Both the position numbers and the translations under genes were made by a program. 64,000 nt of DNA from Epithemia pelagica (lineage: Eukaryota > Protista > Bacillariophyta), in contig OX337239.1 of assembly GCA_946965045.2 (NCBI GenBank), positions 186,001 to 250,000 on the forward strand, written 5' to 3'. The notes beneath the pieces are model-generated. The model did no database searches. It saw only the letters and a program-made list of their open reading frames with translations, and was not told where the DNA came from. Of the stretch, positions 21,262 to 33,414 are shown one piece after another. Each line of letters begins with the position of its first letter. The first letter of the stretch is position 1.

Positions 21262-22037
21262 TTCTAACATTCAAACGGGTAAATCAAGGAATGCGCCACT
21301 GTCCTTGTGATTTCTGTGGCACTCACTCACCTATCCTACAAAAGATTCTTGCATCATTATAGAGCACATAGTTAGTCGTCATTCCTCTACCAAACACCAC
21401 CACAGCGAAAAGGGTTGGTATGTGGCAGGACGAAATCCCTAGGTATATTGTATTCAATAACTGGATGTTAAGGTGATTTGGATGTGTGTACTGGATGCTT
21501 TCCGGCCGTTGTGGTGATGTTACGGCCTTTTGATAGAGGTCGTTCGCGTTTTGTGGGCTGTCGGTTGTCACGGTTTTGGATGTTGTTGGCCTTTTGTGGA
21601 ACTCTCCAACAGTGCCAAAGGAACCCCTGCTCTCTTTTTTGAAGACCATTGACTTTGGCAATGAGCATGAGTTCGACACCACCACCATCTCCTTCTTCCA
21701 GTTCGAATAATGAGAACGCATCCAGTGGCTCCTCCTCCTCCTCCTTGCCCGTTTCCGCCCATGCCACATTGGCTTTGGACACGGCTCAAGATTTGACTGA
21801 AGCACAACGATCCATTGTCCGAATTCCACCACTTCAGCAGGTAGAACATCATTCCGAGCGACAACCACAACAACCAACCACACAACCACACAGCAACAAA
21901 ACGTTTTGCATGGCCACCCTATTCCTTTGTGTGCTCATCGCCAGCAACCAATTCGTCTACTTCAGCAACAAGTGTCACCCACCAATCTGTTCTTCTTGTC
22001 GGGTTGTGGCCACCACACCCACCAATACAGTCAACCT

Positions 22038-22068
<31 letters not shown>

Positions 22069-22274
22069 CTAGTTCGGGAGAGCCAAACCAAGGTCTCGAC
22101 AACCCAACACCTACCGGTAGAGCGGGTAGGATTGCTCCATTCTATACTACTTCCGTTGTGCCATGTCTGTCTCAGTTGGGGGACGGCAGTCGGAACCGTC
22201 TCACACACATGGGAGTCAGTTCTCCCTTTATCCGTATGGTTATGTTGTGGTTGTGTATGGTTGTTCGTTGTTCG

Positions 22275-23597
22275 ATGATGGACCGGCAACGGGAGATCAT
22301 TGAGGTACTGGAGGAAGTACCAGAAGAAAATGACGAGGATGGAGCCGGACTGCACGAACAAGCACGACAATCGGACCTGGTCCTTTTGGACCAAGAACCA
22401 GCTTGGAGTACAACCAACTGGCCTCCTCTCCCGGATGGATGGCGTTGCAATCATGCTTCGGTCGTAGTCAATCATACCCATCAAGAACAAAATTGCACTA
22501 CTAGCGAGGCACAAACGGTTGTCGTTTTGGGAGGACATTATTGTCAAGGCCCTCGAGGTCGCTTTTCTCGTACCATCACCAACTCGGTTCTTCTATTGAA
22601 TTTGGCAGAGCGACAAAGGCAATGGCGAGAAGGACCTCGCATGAACAAGGAGCGTGAGTATCACGCAGCTATTGTTTGCAATGGAGCCATTTATGTCTTG
22701 GGAGGAGACCATCAAGGTGAGTTGGATGATATAGAACGCATTGGCGTTCAAGAGTTACTCCAGCATTCATCTTCGACAACAGCAAGCAGTATCAGCAGCA
22801 GCACACAGGAGAGCCACCATTGGACGACGTTAAACTGTCGACTATCGACAGGTCGACAAGGGTGTTGTGCGGTTGCGGTTCACGATCGCTACGTTGTCAT
22901 CATGGGTGGATGCACCAGGGCATTAGTTGGTGGTATCTACGAATGGACATGGCAAGACTTGGCGTCGGTGGATATTTTGGATACCAGCAACCACACCGTC
23001 ATGGAGGGACCATCCATGAACATTCCTCGGTCACGCTGTGCCAGTGCGGTCATTGGTCACCGCATATTTGTCCTTGGAGGCTGTAAGGACAACAACTACG
23101 ACGTGGTCATATTTGACTCGGTGGAATATTGGGATTTTGAAAAGCCTGATGACAAGGACGACGCAAAGGAGGAGACTGCTTCTACTACAGTCATGTCCTC
23201 CTTGTCTGATGGTTGCTGGACCACTCATTCGGAATTGGTACTTTCCGTCCCATGTACTCTTCACGGAGCGGTTGCCCTGGGATCCTGTTTGGTGGTGGGA
23301 ATCAACGTTCCCTTTCTAGACCGCCAGATCGTGCAAGTCTTGGATACGACGCACCGCCACCGTGCGTGGAATCTCCCACCCATTGGGAACAGACGTAGCG
23401 GCGGCACTTTGGTGACGGTTGCCCATCCGCAACCACTTGTCGCCATGATTGGTGGAGATGGCAATCCGTCCTGTGCGACATTATCCATAGTGGACAAGAA
23501 TTCATGGTGCTTTCGTCAACTCTTGGAGCAGTCGCAACGCATTATTGACCAGTACCGATTGGGCCTTGGTCCTGGTATCTCGAGCACCGACCACTGA
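22275..23597 (+). CDS. Stand-alone Kelch-repeat protein (copy 2)
   Basis: Same architecture: EQARQSDLVLLD...DKNSWCFRQL. ATG 22275 is preferred over the longer low-complexity ORF start. Confidence 0.85.
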   Translation: MMDRQREIIEVLEEVPEENDEDGAGLHEQARQSDLVLLDQEPAWSTTNWPPLPDGWRCNHASVVVNHTHQEQNCTTSEAQTVVVLGGHYCQGPRGRFSRTITNSVLLLNLAERQRQWREGPRMNKEREYHAAIVCNGAIYVLGGDHQGELDDIERIGVQELLQHSSSTTASSISSSTQESHHWTTLNCRLSTGRQGCCAVAVHDRYVVIMGGCTRALVGGIYEWTWQDLASVDILDTSNHTVMEGPSMNIPRSRCASAVIGHRIFVLGGCKDNNYDVVIFDSVEYWDFEKPDDKDDAKEETASTTVMSSLSDGCWTTHSELVLSVPCTLHGAVALGSCLVVGINVPFLDRQIVQVLDTTHRHRAWNLPPIGNRRSGGTLVTVAHPQPLVAMIGGDGNPSCATLSIVDKNSWCFRQLLEQSQRIIDQYRLGLGPGISSTDH

Positions 23598-23926
23598 TAC
23601 CTACTACTCCTCGATAAACTAGGGCATAGTACGGTCATTTCATTGACATTGGGAGCTCTGTATAGCTAGCATTGATTATTTTTTGTAGAGGAGCATGCAT
23701 TCATCGCTTGATGTGGCCAAGGGCGTGGTGGCCAATGTCTGGACGACCGTGTCGCAAAAACACTTTTTTGGTGGTGCCGTACCAGTACCCAACGGCCTTG
23801 ATGCAAACAAAGAGGCTCCTTCGTTTCCTTTGTCAAGGGCGTCTTGGGTGACGATTTGCAACTTGCCCCTCATGGATCACAAAGAGTCGATAGGAGGGAT
23901 CCGCATACCCGCGTTGTATCAATGTG

Positions 23927-24009
23927 TGTGGGACATTAGGGTTGATGGACAAGAATTCATGGTGCTTTCGTCGACTCTGTGAGCAACCAATGGGATGGTC
24001 TCGTCAGCT
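23927..24009 (+). pseudogene. 83 bp Kelch C-terminal fragment identical to 21034-21116
   Basis: Exact match by eye; abuts a copy of the Kelch upstream element. Confidence 0.85.
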
Positions 24010-24357
24010 ACCTACGTATTCAATAACTGGATGTCTTTGCTGGATGCTGTCCGCCGGTTTTGTTGTGGTAGCCTTGATAGAGGTCGCTCGCTTTGAAGTC
24101 GCGCATCGGTCTCGACGATCATTGACTCTCTCTATATAGCCTTCCAGAGTAAGACTATAGGATCCAAAGTACAAAGCATCCAAACTCAAAGATCGTGTCC
24201 GTATCTTTTCTTTGCGATGACATTGACATCTCGTCAACCGTCTCTATTCCACTCACCCAAACAAGAAGAAGACTTGTTTGTGGTGTGGTCCTCTTTGCTC
24301 TTGCGTTTGTGGTTGCCGCTGTCGAATCTTTCTAGTGTTTCCCCTCTACAGATATAG

Positions 24358-26126
24358 ATGGTGAGCCTGGTCGGAGGAGTGGCTCGTCGTCGTCGTCATC
24401 AACATTCTCGTTGGACTCCATCCACAACACCCAAACGATCCATTCGTCGTTCGTTGGTAATTGCCGCAACGACGGCAGCCCTTGCATCCACAGCAACCAC
24501 CACCAGTGCCGTTTCGATTCGTCATCCTAGTACGACGTTGGCATCCTCCACACACGCCACAGGATCCAATCACTACTCCTACGACCGTGGCTACTTGAAT
24601 TCTTGGCAACCTATTAGTACGACACGACGACACTATCCGTTCCAGACCCGTTCCGCCATGGCATCCACCACCACCAACAACAACAACGAGGCTTCGTCCA
24701 AATTGATTCCGGGTCGTCCGACCTGGCAACAAACCATGTTGCGCATCAAGGATCCGAAAAAATCCCTCGACTTTTATTGCAACCAACTCGGCTTTACCTT
24801 GATTGATACCTTGGACTTTCCTCAATATGACTTTTCCCTCTACTTTATCACCCACTTGCCGCCGGAGGAACAGCCTTATACACTGGTGCCCGGTACCCAA
24901 GCCGCTCATGATTATTTGTGGAGTATGGAAGGCACGGCCTTGGAATTGACGCACAATTATGGAACGGAAACCCAAGACGACTTTTCCTATCATGCCGGCA
25001 ATCAAGAGCGCGATGGCTTTGGGCATGTCGCTGTCAGGTACGAACAAACTGGTGTGGTCCTCTCTCCAATGGACTTTTGTGGTGTGCTTCCCTTCGTGTG
25101 TCGTCGTCGTCGTAGGAGTCTGTTGCTGTCTTTCGTTCTCTCTTACACACACATGCGTTTGGATGTTTCACAGTGTCGACGATGTCTATGCGGCCAGCGC
25201 CACATTGGAAGCGGCGGGTTGTTCCTTCAAGAAAAAGCCCGACGAAGGACGCATGAAGGGCTTGGCCTTTGTCTACGATCCCGATGGCTATTGGGTCGAA
25301 TTGGTGAAACGGGGCGACCATAGTGGCATTGCCATTCCATACAACTTTTCCCAAACCATGTTGCGCGTCCAAAATCCGCAAAAATCCTTGGAATTTTATC
25401 GCGATTATTTGGGCATGCAATTGGTGCGAGAATCGCATTATCCCGAGGCCCAATTTTCTCTCTACTTTTTGGCCAGTTCCAGTGCGACCCTCCCCGACAA
25501 TGGCGATGCCCGCAACTTGTTTGGTCCCGTGTTGGAATTGACGCACAATCATGGGACGGAAACGCAAGTAGACTTTCGTCATTTCACTGGCAATGAAGAC
25601 GATCGCAAAGGATTTGGCCATGTGGGATTTCTTGTCGACAATGTCTATGAGGCCTGCGATGCCCTCCGACCCTTGGGATATGGATTCAAAAAGGTATGTC
25701 CTGTCTGTGTGCGCGTGTGTTGGTCTTTGTATATAGAACGAGAAAGAAAGAGAGAGAATTGCCGTGTTGTGGGTGGACGGTGCAGGGGTGTGTGTGTGCG
25801 TTGTTGGTCCTTCCTATCTGCATCTTCTTCTTGCGGGGGTGGAGACACGAGACACTCGAGCGCATGCGTGCTCTATCTATTCTACGACACTCTTTATCAG
25901 GAGGGTTCTTTTGCGTGGCGCACACATGTGTCACTCGTTCTCATGAGTTTGGTGTTCTTTGGTTCTTTTGCGTGGCGCACATTGTTTGTTTGCAATACTA
26001 CGTACCTATTAGGAGCCCGATGGTGGATCCATGAAAGGATTGGCCTTTGCCTATGATCCCGATGGATATTGGGTCGAAATTATTAAACGCGGTGGCATTG
26101 ATTTTGGTGACAAACGAAAAGACTAA
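24358..26126 (+). CDS. GLO1: Glyoxalase I (lactoylglutathione lyase), two-domain monomeric type
   Basis: Two VOC repeats ([30 protein letters not shown]). Exons 24358-25037, 25174-25693, 26013-26126; second in-frame ATG at 24658. Confidence 0.93.
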
Positions 26127-26813
26127 GAACCACACAAGCTTTCTCTCTCTCTCTCAATCCCGAGTAAGGAAGATTGAAACGACTGGGTCGCCACGACGTC
26201 CTCTGGTGTGTATATAAGTGTGGAACAGGAGCATGACTATCGTAGGAGCCTTGCATCCATGTCTAGTAGTTGTGCTATCCGTAGAGAGTTGGAGAAAAAC
26301 GACAGGCGAGGGGAGGCTGGGAACCAAATCATGGGTCACCCACATTGCCAATAGGTGGTTGTTCTGGTTGGTGGATCGTATTGCTGTCCACTCGGTGTCG
26401 GTCCAACCCTTTCGTGTGTTTCTTTAACAGGGGAATCCATTCGTATTGACGTGGGTAACGTGTCGCTACCCAGAGTGTGTTGCGCAACAATCTCATTTTG
26501 TAGATGTGATAGTCCCCGGAACTGTCATTCTACGTTTGGAGATTCTGTTTCGGTCCAACTTGCTACCTCTAGAATAACGCAAAAATACAACTGCAGTAGT
26601 ATTCTTCTTGACTGGGTCTCGAATCGCGTAGTATTATAGTGGATGCATGAGTATGCATCAGTCCAGTGAGTCCCATCAGGAGTATGTCTTTGTACTTCAT
26701 AGTGTGCCTCTAGCTTATAGTTGCGAGAGTATGCAAAAGTTGCCCTCTCAGTTGCGCAAACCCATACCAAAAATACAACTCGGCACTATGAAAGTAAGTG
26801 TACTTCATGACTG

Positions 26814-26873
26814 AAATACAACTTTTCTCACATTTTTCATTTCAAATACAACTTTTCTCACATTTTTCATTTC
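26814..26873. repeat. Perfect 30 bp tandem duplication
   Basis: AAATACAACTTTTCTCACATTTTTCATTTC x2. Confidence 0.9.
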
Positions 26874-27036
26874 ACGTACTGCACGGTTAAGCTAGATAAT
26901 AAAATCACAACCTCGCCATGACGCTCCGCTTGTATAGGTGTAATAGAACAATGCCAGAACGGTGGTGTCTGGTCAAGCTACCTACATCTAGCGTTATACC
27001 AGTAGTTAGTACTTAGTGCTTTACGATCATCCTCCA

Positions 27037-27517
27037 CTGAAACAACAGCACCACCCGAAGAAGAAGAGAGTCGCCGTCATCCTCCCAACCCTTGCAACAA
27101 CCATCATCATCGTCATCATCTGAAACAACAGCAGCACCACCCGAAGAAGAAGAAGAGAGTCGCCGTCATCCTCCCAACCCTTGCAGCAACCATCATCATT
27201 GTCATCATCTGAAACAACAGCAGCACCACCCGAAGAAGAAGAAGAGAGTCGCCGTCATCCTCCCAACCCTTGCAACAACCATCATCATCGTCATCATCTG
27301 AAACAACAGCACCACCCGAAGAAGAAGAAGAGAGTCGCCGTCATCCTCCCACCCGTGCAACAACAATCATCATCATCCTCCTCCTCTGAAACAACAGCAC
27401 CACCCGAAGAAGAAGAAGAGAGTCGCCGTCATCCTCCCACCCGTGTAACAACAATCATCCTCCTCCTCCTCCTCTGAAACAACAGCAGCCGAAGAAGAAG
27501 AAGAGAGTCGTCGTCAT
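27037..27517. repeat. Minisatellite, about 5.5 units of 83-89 bp
   Basis: Units start at 27037, 27120, 27209, 27298, 27386 and 27474 (CTGAAACAACAGCA..CCCGAAGAAGAAGAGAGTCGCCGTCATCCTCCC..). Confidence 0.92.
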
Positions 27518-27704
27518 GCATTAGACTTCGAGAGAAGATTGCTGCTGTATCGCTAGCTATACACATCCGGTTGACAATCCGTCCGTCCATTGGACGAATA
27601 GAAAGTCATCTCTTGCAAAATCTTTTCAATACTTGCGGATGCCTCTGGAAGATAGAATAGTAACCAAGCTTACATAAGAGCATTAACGACATATATGTTC
27701 CTGG

Positions 27705-28560
27705 CAGACCTTGAGACTGTCGGGGACGTCATCCGCCCATTGCAAGACCCTTCCGAAGGATCCCTTCAATTCCGGAACGGTGGTCGGAACCTTTCCTCGA
27801 ATGACTTCACCCGTACTTCCGTTCAAAGAAATGACATCTCCTTCCTTGAACACTTCTCCGGTTTCCTTGATCACCATTGTCTTTGCTTCTTCGTCAATGA
27901 AAATATCATTGCAGCCACAGACACATGGTTTGCCCCATCCTCGAGCCACAACGACCGCATGGGAAGTGATACCTCCTCGCCTGGTCAAGATTCCTTTCGA
28001 ATTCCACATGCCACCCACGTCTTCGGGTGAAGTGTTTTCTCGAACCAAAATGACTCCCTCGGCAGTTCGTTCTTCGGCCGTGTGTGTCGAAAAGACAATC
28101 TTTCCCACTGCGGCCCCAGGACCACCCTTCAAACCGACGACCACAATATTGTCTTTGTATACAGGGGAGGAGAAAACGTCGGAGGCAATTGCCGGATGAA
28201 GGTTCTGTTGGACATGATCAGGTTCCACCTTGAGGAGAGCTTCTTCCAAAGTCAAAAGTCCTTCGTCGACCATGTCGTCGGCAACCAAGAAGGCGGCCTG
28301 TCCAGTACGCTTTCCGGATCTGCACTTATTCATCCATAGATTTTCGCTCCCGACAGTGAATTCGACATCTTGCATGTCTTTGAAATGATGTTCCAGTTTG
28401 TAAACATTCTTGATAAACTGGTCATCGTCGGTATCGAGATTGGGAAAGAGCTATTCGTGCAGATGCCGTTGGTCGCATCCAGGCGCTGTCTCGTGGTGCA
28501 CACACGCTCTCCCGTAAGAATCGACGTGTCCCTCTGGAATACCTTGCAGGCTACGGCTAC
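27705..28560 (-). pseudogene. PPDK: Pyruvate phosphate dikinase remnant (central phospho-His domain)
   Basis: HFKDMQDVEFT, RSGKRTGQAA, TSPEDVGGM, GGITSHAVVVARGWGKPC, GDVISLNGSTGEV. In-frame TAG and deletions upstream; truncated before the pyruvate-binding domain. Confidence 0.9.
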
Positions 28561-28893
28561 AGGTATCCTAATATCGGGTTTTTGCCATGGCCATTTGCCA
28601 TGGTCGTCGTCTCCACAGAGGAAGGGGGCCTATGTCGTGACTATAGATTTTTGTGTAGGGATGCCATCACTACAGTATTTTTACTCTAATAGTCTCATGC
28701 AGGTTCCGTCTCGAACCAGCTTGTACGAGACTCTGAAAAGCGACAACAGCGACCCATTTCGAATTTTCAAAAGCTATTTGGAAGGCATTGCGTCTTTGTT
28801 CATCTTCTTGTGACTTCTTGTGACACATCTGAAAGTTGCTTGGGACTTTCCCGGTCATGTGTCGACCGACTTTTTACGCCATGTTTTGAGTTA

Positions 28894-30300
28894 CCCTCGG
28901 TATCAGTGTCCACTGCTTAGCTGTTTTTTGTCTGTGCCACCTTCATAGGTTCCCAAGTGGACACAGACAGAAAATTTCCTTTTTGACGCAAATGGAAATG
29001 ACTAAATTGCAAATTGGCACGCATACCCAGCTGGAGTTTTTGCAGTTCATGAAACTTACGCATGCCCAGCAAGCGGCCCTGCGTGGATGACGGTTGCAGA
29101 ATGCGCCATCCAAATTCCAAATCCCCCATAAAATCACACAGAGGCCATCACCCATCACCCACAATGGCATGGCATGAATTGTCGCCTTTCATGCAGTTGA
29201 GGTAAGTTTGAACGTACAAAAATGTCTCCATGACAACAACAGCTTTTGAACTGTCATTCTAACTTCTCCCTCACACTTGTATTCGTTTTTCTCTTCTGAT
29301 ATTCAACATTCGACAACCGTCTCTCTCTCTGTCCACTTCATTGAGAGTGAATGTTTGTGCCTATGGAATGTCAATTCTCCATTCGAGCCTCGGCTTAAAA
29401 TTGGAGACCACATAGAGCTTCTTTCTTTGTATACTACTCCTAGGAGTTTCTATCAGAAGTTTATTTCCTATCTTATTGATTTTATAAGATCGTGCGTGTT
29501 ATTGCCGTGCTTTCAACCACCATGACACTCTGGTGAAGGTTTGGGGCCATCTTGAAGCAACTGATCGACTCTGTGATCTACGAAGACTAGTTTGAGTAGG
29601 CCTAGTGGCAACAAGCTGCCTTAGTTTGTTGTCATCTCTAGGTCTATGTACTTGAGTATCCGACACACAAAGAAAGGTTCTTGATCTGTGATCGACATGG
29701 AGATGGACTAAGCGAAGCACAATGATGAGAGTAAAAATCCATGCTACAAAGATAAGAACACAACCAACATTCAAGGAGCACTACGATTAGAGCAAGGAAA
29801 AGTTGTGGCAAACGGCCTGCAATGACTTGTCCTCCGTTTGATTGCGACAAAATCAAAGGAGCACCAACCATCAGCATTAACAGGGACAAAGATTAATGAG
29901 ATAACGTGTGAGAAAACTACACAGGACATGAAAGAAGCTAAGAGACAAACAACAAGCAACAAGAGAGAAAAACCAACCAAAATACTGCTTCAGGTCGCAA
30001 GGCTTCATAAAGAGCTCGCTTCATGGTCAATGTCGAATGTCGATGCTTTTGACACCGCGTGAGATTTTTGTGACGAGACGAGAGTCGTGTGAAAGGATTC
30101 CAAATTTGAATCGTGGTCACGGTCACAGGAAGATGCTAACCGCCAGCTGTCACTTGCACGCCGGCATTTCCACCAGGATGAGGAACTATATTGGTGAAAA
30201 GGACAGACGAAAAGTGAAATTTTCTGTCTGTGTCCACTTGGGAACCTATGAAGGTGGCACAGACAAAAAACAGCTAAGCAGTGGACACTGATACCGAGGG
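28894..30300. mobile_element. Non-autonomous DNA transposon (1407 bp) with perfect 85 bp terminal inverted repeats
   Basis: 28894-28978 is the exact reverse complement of 30216-30300; ends are CCCTCGG...CCGAGGG. No recognisable intact ORF; no obvious target-site duplication. Confidence 0.85.
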
Positions 30301-30331
30301 ATGTAGGATGCAAGCCCCTCCTCTTATATAC

Positions 30332-30410
30332 GGGGTCCGGGGGACGAAAAATTCCACCACGATAGATAATACTACGCTGTCACGGTGGAATTTTTCGTCC
30401 CCCGGAGCCC
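30332..30410. mobile_element. 79 bp micro inverted-repeat element (candidate mini-MITE)
   Basis: 27 bp arms (30332-30358 and 30384-30410) with one mismatch, GGG...CCC ends and a 25 nt spacer. Confidence 0.5.
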
Positions 30411-30643
30411 ATAGCAGCATGTCTTCATTGTGACACAGGAGTGGACCGTTGGAACACACTGGGAGATGGGGTAATCCTGAGCAGGTCGCTACCTTACCAG
30501 TCAGATACTGACTGTGACCTATAGGAGTTACCGAACGCTTTTTCTGAATAAAGAACACTCTAGCGACAAAAGATGATATACTGACTGCTAGTACTATTAA
30601 AACCCACCACCACCCGGTTCATAACCGCTACATATTTGTACTG

Positions 30644-31582
30644 CTAGTCATCTTCCACTTCGATCTGAAACACTTTCGCCTCACCATTTTCAATCTTCAT
30701 CTGAACCAGATTCACCACTGCTCCAAACACCTTGTGATGCCCATCCAGATCTCCTCTGTATTTCTCCTTTAAGATATTGTAATGTTTCAGTAAATTGTTG
30801 ACAGTTTCATGTCTCGCCCTGGCATCAGCCATCATCTTGTCTTGATAGTCATTTCTTCCAGTAGGTGTGACAAAGTAGCATCCAGAATCGTTGTAACCAC
30901 CATCAGCAATCACTTTCTCATTCGGTAGTAGCTCTTGAACAAGCCAGTCTCTGGCAATCCGTAGGTCTGGCCAAGCGCCACAAGGGAATGCACCATTCCA
31001 CCACACTATCCAGCCAGTTTTCAGGCAGATTCCCACCTCATACCTCACACCTGCTCCCTTAAACTTGTGCGAGTACCATTTTGGATCAAAAGGTGACGGT
31101 TCCAAAATCCTGAAGTCAGTACCATCCAAACTAATGAAACAGACCTGTCCAGGTACACAACAATCAAACCTATTGTCCCATACAATCTGTTATAAGAACA
31201 ACAGCAATGGTCAGATATGAGGAGGACGACTTCATGGCAAATTCATGTAGGGCCATGTACTTACATAATTAAGACCACTACACAACAAATTTACAAACAC
31301 TTTGACCCACTTCCTGTAGGTCTTCCTCGTTGTTTTGGCTATTGAGACCATAACATCCTCTGTAGCATAGACTTTCAGAAAAGCCAATGTCCACAACAAA
31401 TGACGAGGCGATGCACCTTTGGGCAATGAACTGTCCAGTTCATCCCACACATGAACACAGAGCAAAGGAGACATTCCAAAGTAAGAACGAAAAGCACGTG
31501 AGAAATCAAGTGAGTGTGAGTGTCTTGCTCTACCAAGCATTGGCAGAGCCAAGTTGATGAATATTCGTTGTGTCACCAACAT
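30644..31582 (-). CDS. DDE transposase, PIF/Harbinger (DDE_Tnp_4/HARBI1-like), 286 aa
   Basis: Exons 31582-31265 and 31186-30644, in phase. Putative triad SLDGTDF / IADGGY / RARHETVN; WYSHKF motif; no stops. Confidence 0.85.
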
Positions 31583-31809
31583 GGTGGGAGAAAACCGCTT
31601 TGAAAAATTTGTGTTTGCTCAGTGTGTGTCGCGATGCTGACCACACCTTTACTCTGATCTCGGTCTGTCTGTGTGTAGTACTGTCAGTTCATTGGAACAG
31701 GTTTTTAGGAATTTCATCACGTTCATTTGATTGGCTGGTCAGTTGAGCAGCGACACTAAACTTTGTACTGTTCTACATATAGTGACCAATTCGAATTCGT
31801 GTCCGGTCA

Positions 31810-32290
31810 TTGGAACCGGCCTGGAACGGTGCAGAAATCGATTCAAAAATCGTTTTCATTCAAAAACTGGAATTTCTGAATGGCCCTACCTCGCCAACAT
31901 CCTATTACTTTCTACATCTTAAGCGACCCACGTATTGCCCTTATCTTGGGTTAACTGTGGGTCGCTTGATTATATCATTTGAACGACTAGAAAGTGTCCT
32001 GGGTCGGTTTTGAAAAAACGACCTGGCTCGAAAAAATCGACCCAGCTCGTTTTTTTAAAACCGACCCAGGACACCTTATAAGTGCCCAATTCACTTGGAC
32101 GAACGACCCACGGTTGACCCAAGGTAAGGGCAATACGTGGGTCGCACTACTTTCAGAATTGGAGCCAAATTGGGCATGGCCTCCTCGATTGAAAAATGGA
32201 GTCCATGATGAAAACCGACCCAGTCCGGATTTTGGTGAACTGTTTTTAGGGTCATAATTAGTTTTCGTGCGAACAGACCAGTCTGGTTTT
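31810..32290. repeat. Nested imperfect palindrome centred near 32034
   Basis: Inner arms 31994-32021 and 32047-32074 (1 mismatch); symmetric arms 31923-31964 and 32104-32146; weaker pairing further out. Confidence 0.85.
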
Positions 32291-32338
32291 GCACTCCCTC
32301 GCGCTTTTGTTTTACGTACTAATAGTACCTATACTCCG

Positions 32339-33414
32339 ATGACCAGGTCTGGCCGCAACACTTTGGGCGAGGGTGCCCTACTTTCGTGGAATTCAAGGTC
32401 AACAGATGCCGAATTCCTTGACAAAATCGTGTCAGAAGGCTTGATTTCGGAGAGCGCCACACCCAAATCTGTGTGGTTGGAACACGCTGTTTTCCAAAAG
32501 TACAAATTGGAATCATTCAGGTCGGCACTCAACAAAGCCAAAAGAAAATACCAAGTCCACTTGAAGGATCAACATGAGAGAGAGACTGGTCATGGTCATG
32601 AGTTGGGTGGTGGTGAGACGGCCCCATCTATGGATGGAAAGGTAAGGAACCCCAATGATGGAGATCTCAAACCAGCTCCTTCTTTGTTTGGGTCGTCCAA
32701 AGGACAAGGTAAGTGCCAGTGTACACTGTTTGTTTGATTGTTGAGTCACTGTCCTTACCTGTTGTGGTTTATTGTCTTTTATGACCAGGTGTTGCTGCCA
32801 AGGTCGCTCCTGAGTCTGTTGTCAGTGACGATGCTATGGTGAAGAAAAGGGCGGCAGGATCCATGGCATTACAGGAGACACTACAGGTACAACTACAACA
32901 AAAGAGGAAAAAGACGAATGAAGAAGACAGTGGTAATGACATGATGAGGAATTGGGAGCCTCCTCATGTCTTGACACAGTGGGTCGACGACAAGAAACAG
33001 CGTCATTTGGTGATTTTGGTGGTGTTGCCTACAGGTATTGCACATGAAGACACAACAAATTGCTTGATTGAAGTGGATCCGAGCCAGCTACAGGTACATG
33101 TGAAGGTAATTTGGCCTGACAACGCAACTCATATCCATTATCTAACCCAACACATGCCCAGAGAGTGGCATGTCGAGGAGAAAAACCTACGAATGAAACT
33201 TGCTTTGGAAGACGCCATGAATCAGATGCGAAAAAGAGAAACAGACTTTGTCAGGTCAAAGTTTTCTCTTTCTCTTCCTTTCATGGTCCAAAGCAGGTTC
33301 GACTACGAATTTATGTACGACACAACAAACGGATTCAGAGCGTTGTTGATTTCCCTACATGAGCCGGACGCACAATTTGAAGGCGGCATGAAGCACAAGA
33401 TGGTGCGTCTGTAA
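32339..33414 (+). CDS. Putative transposon accessory protein, 331 aa
   Basis: Exons 32339-32708 and 32789-33414, in phase. Helical N-domain (W..S.D..L..GLI...TPK.V....FQKYKLESFRSAL) and beta-rich C-domain (W.D....L.I.V.LPTG..V.V.WP). Lies divergent to the transposase. Confidence 0.7.

Noticed and set aside
27037-27517. CRISPR array
   Set aside because: Units are contiguous near-copies with no unique spacers, there are no cas genes, and the context is eukaryotic.
28890-30304. Definite piggyBac classification of the 85 bp TIR element
   Set aside because: TTAA duplication is absent and no convincing transposase remnant was found inside.
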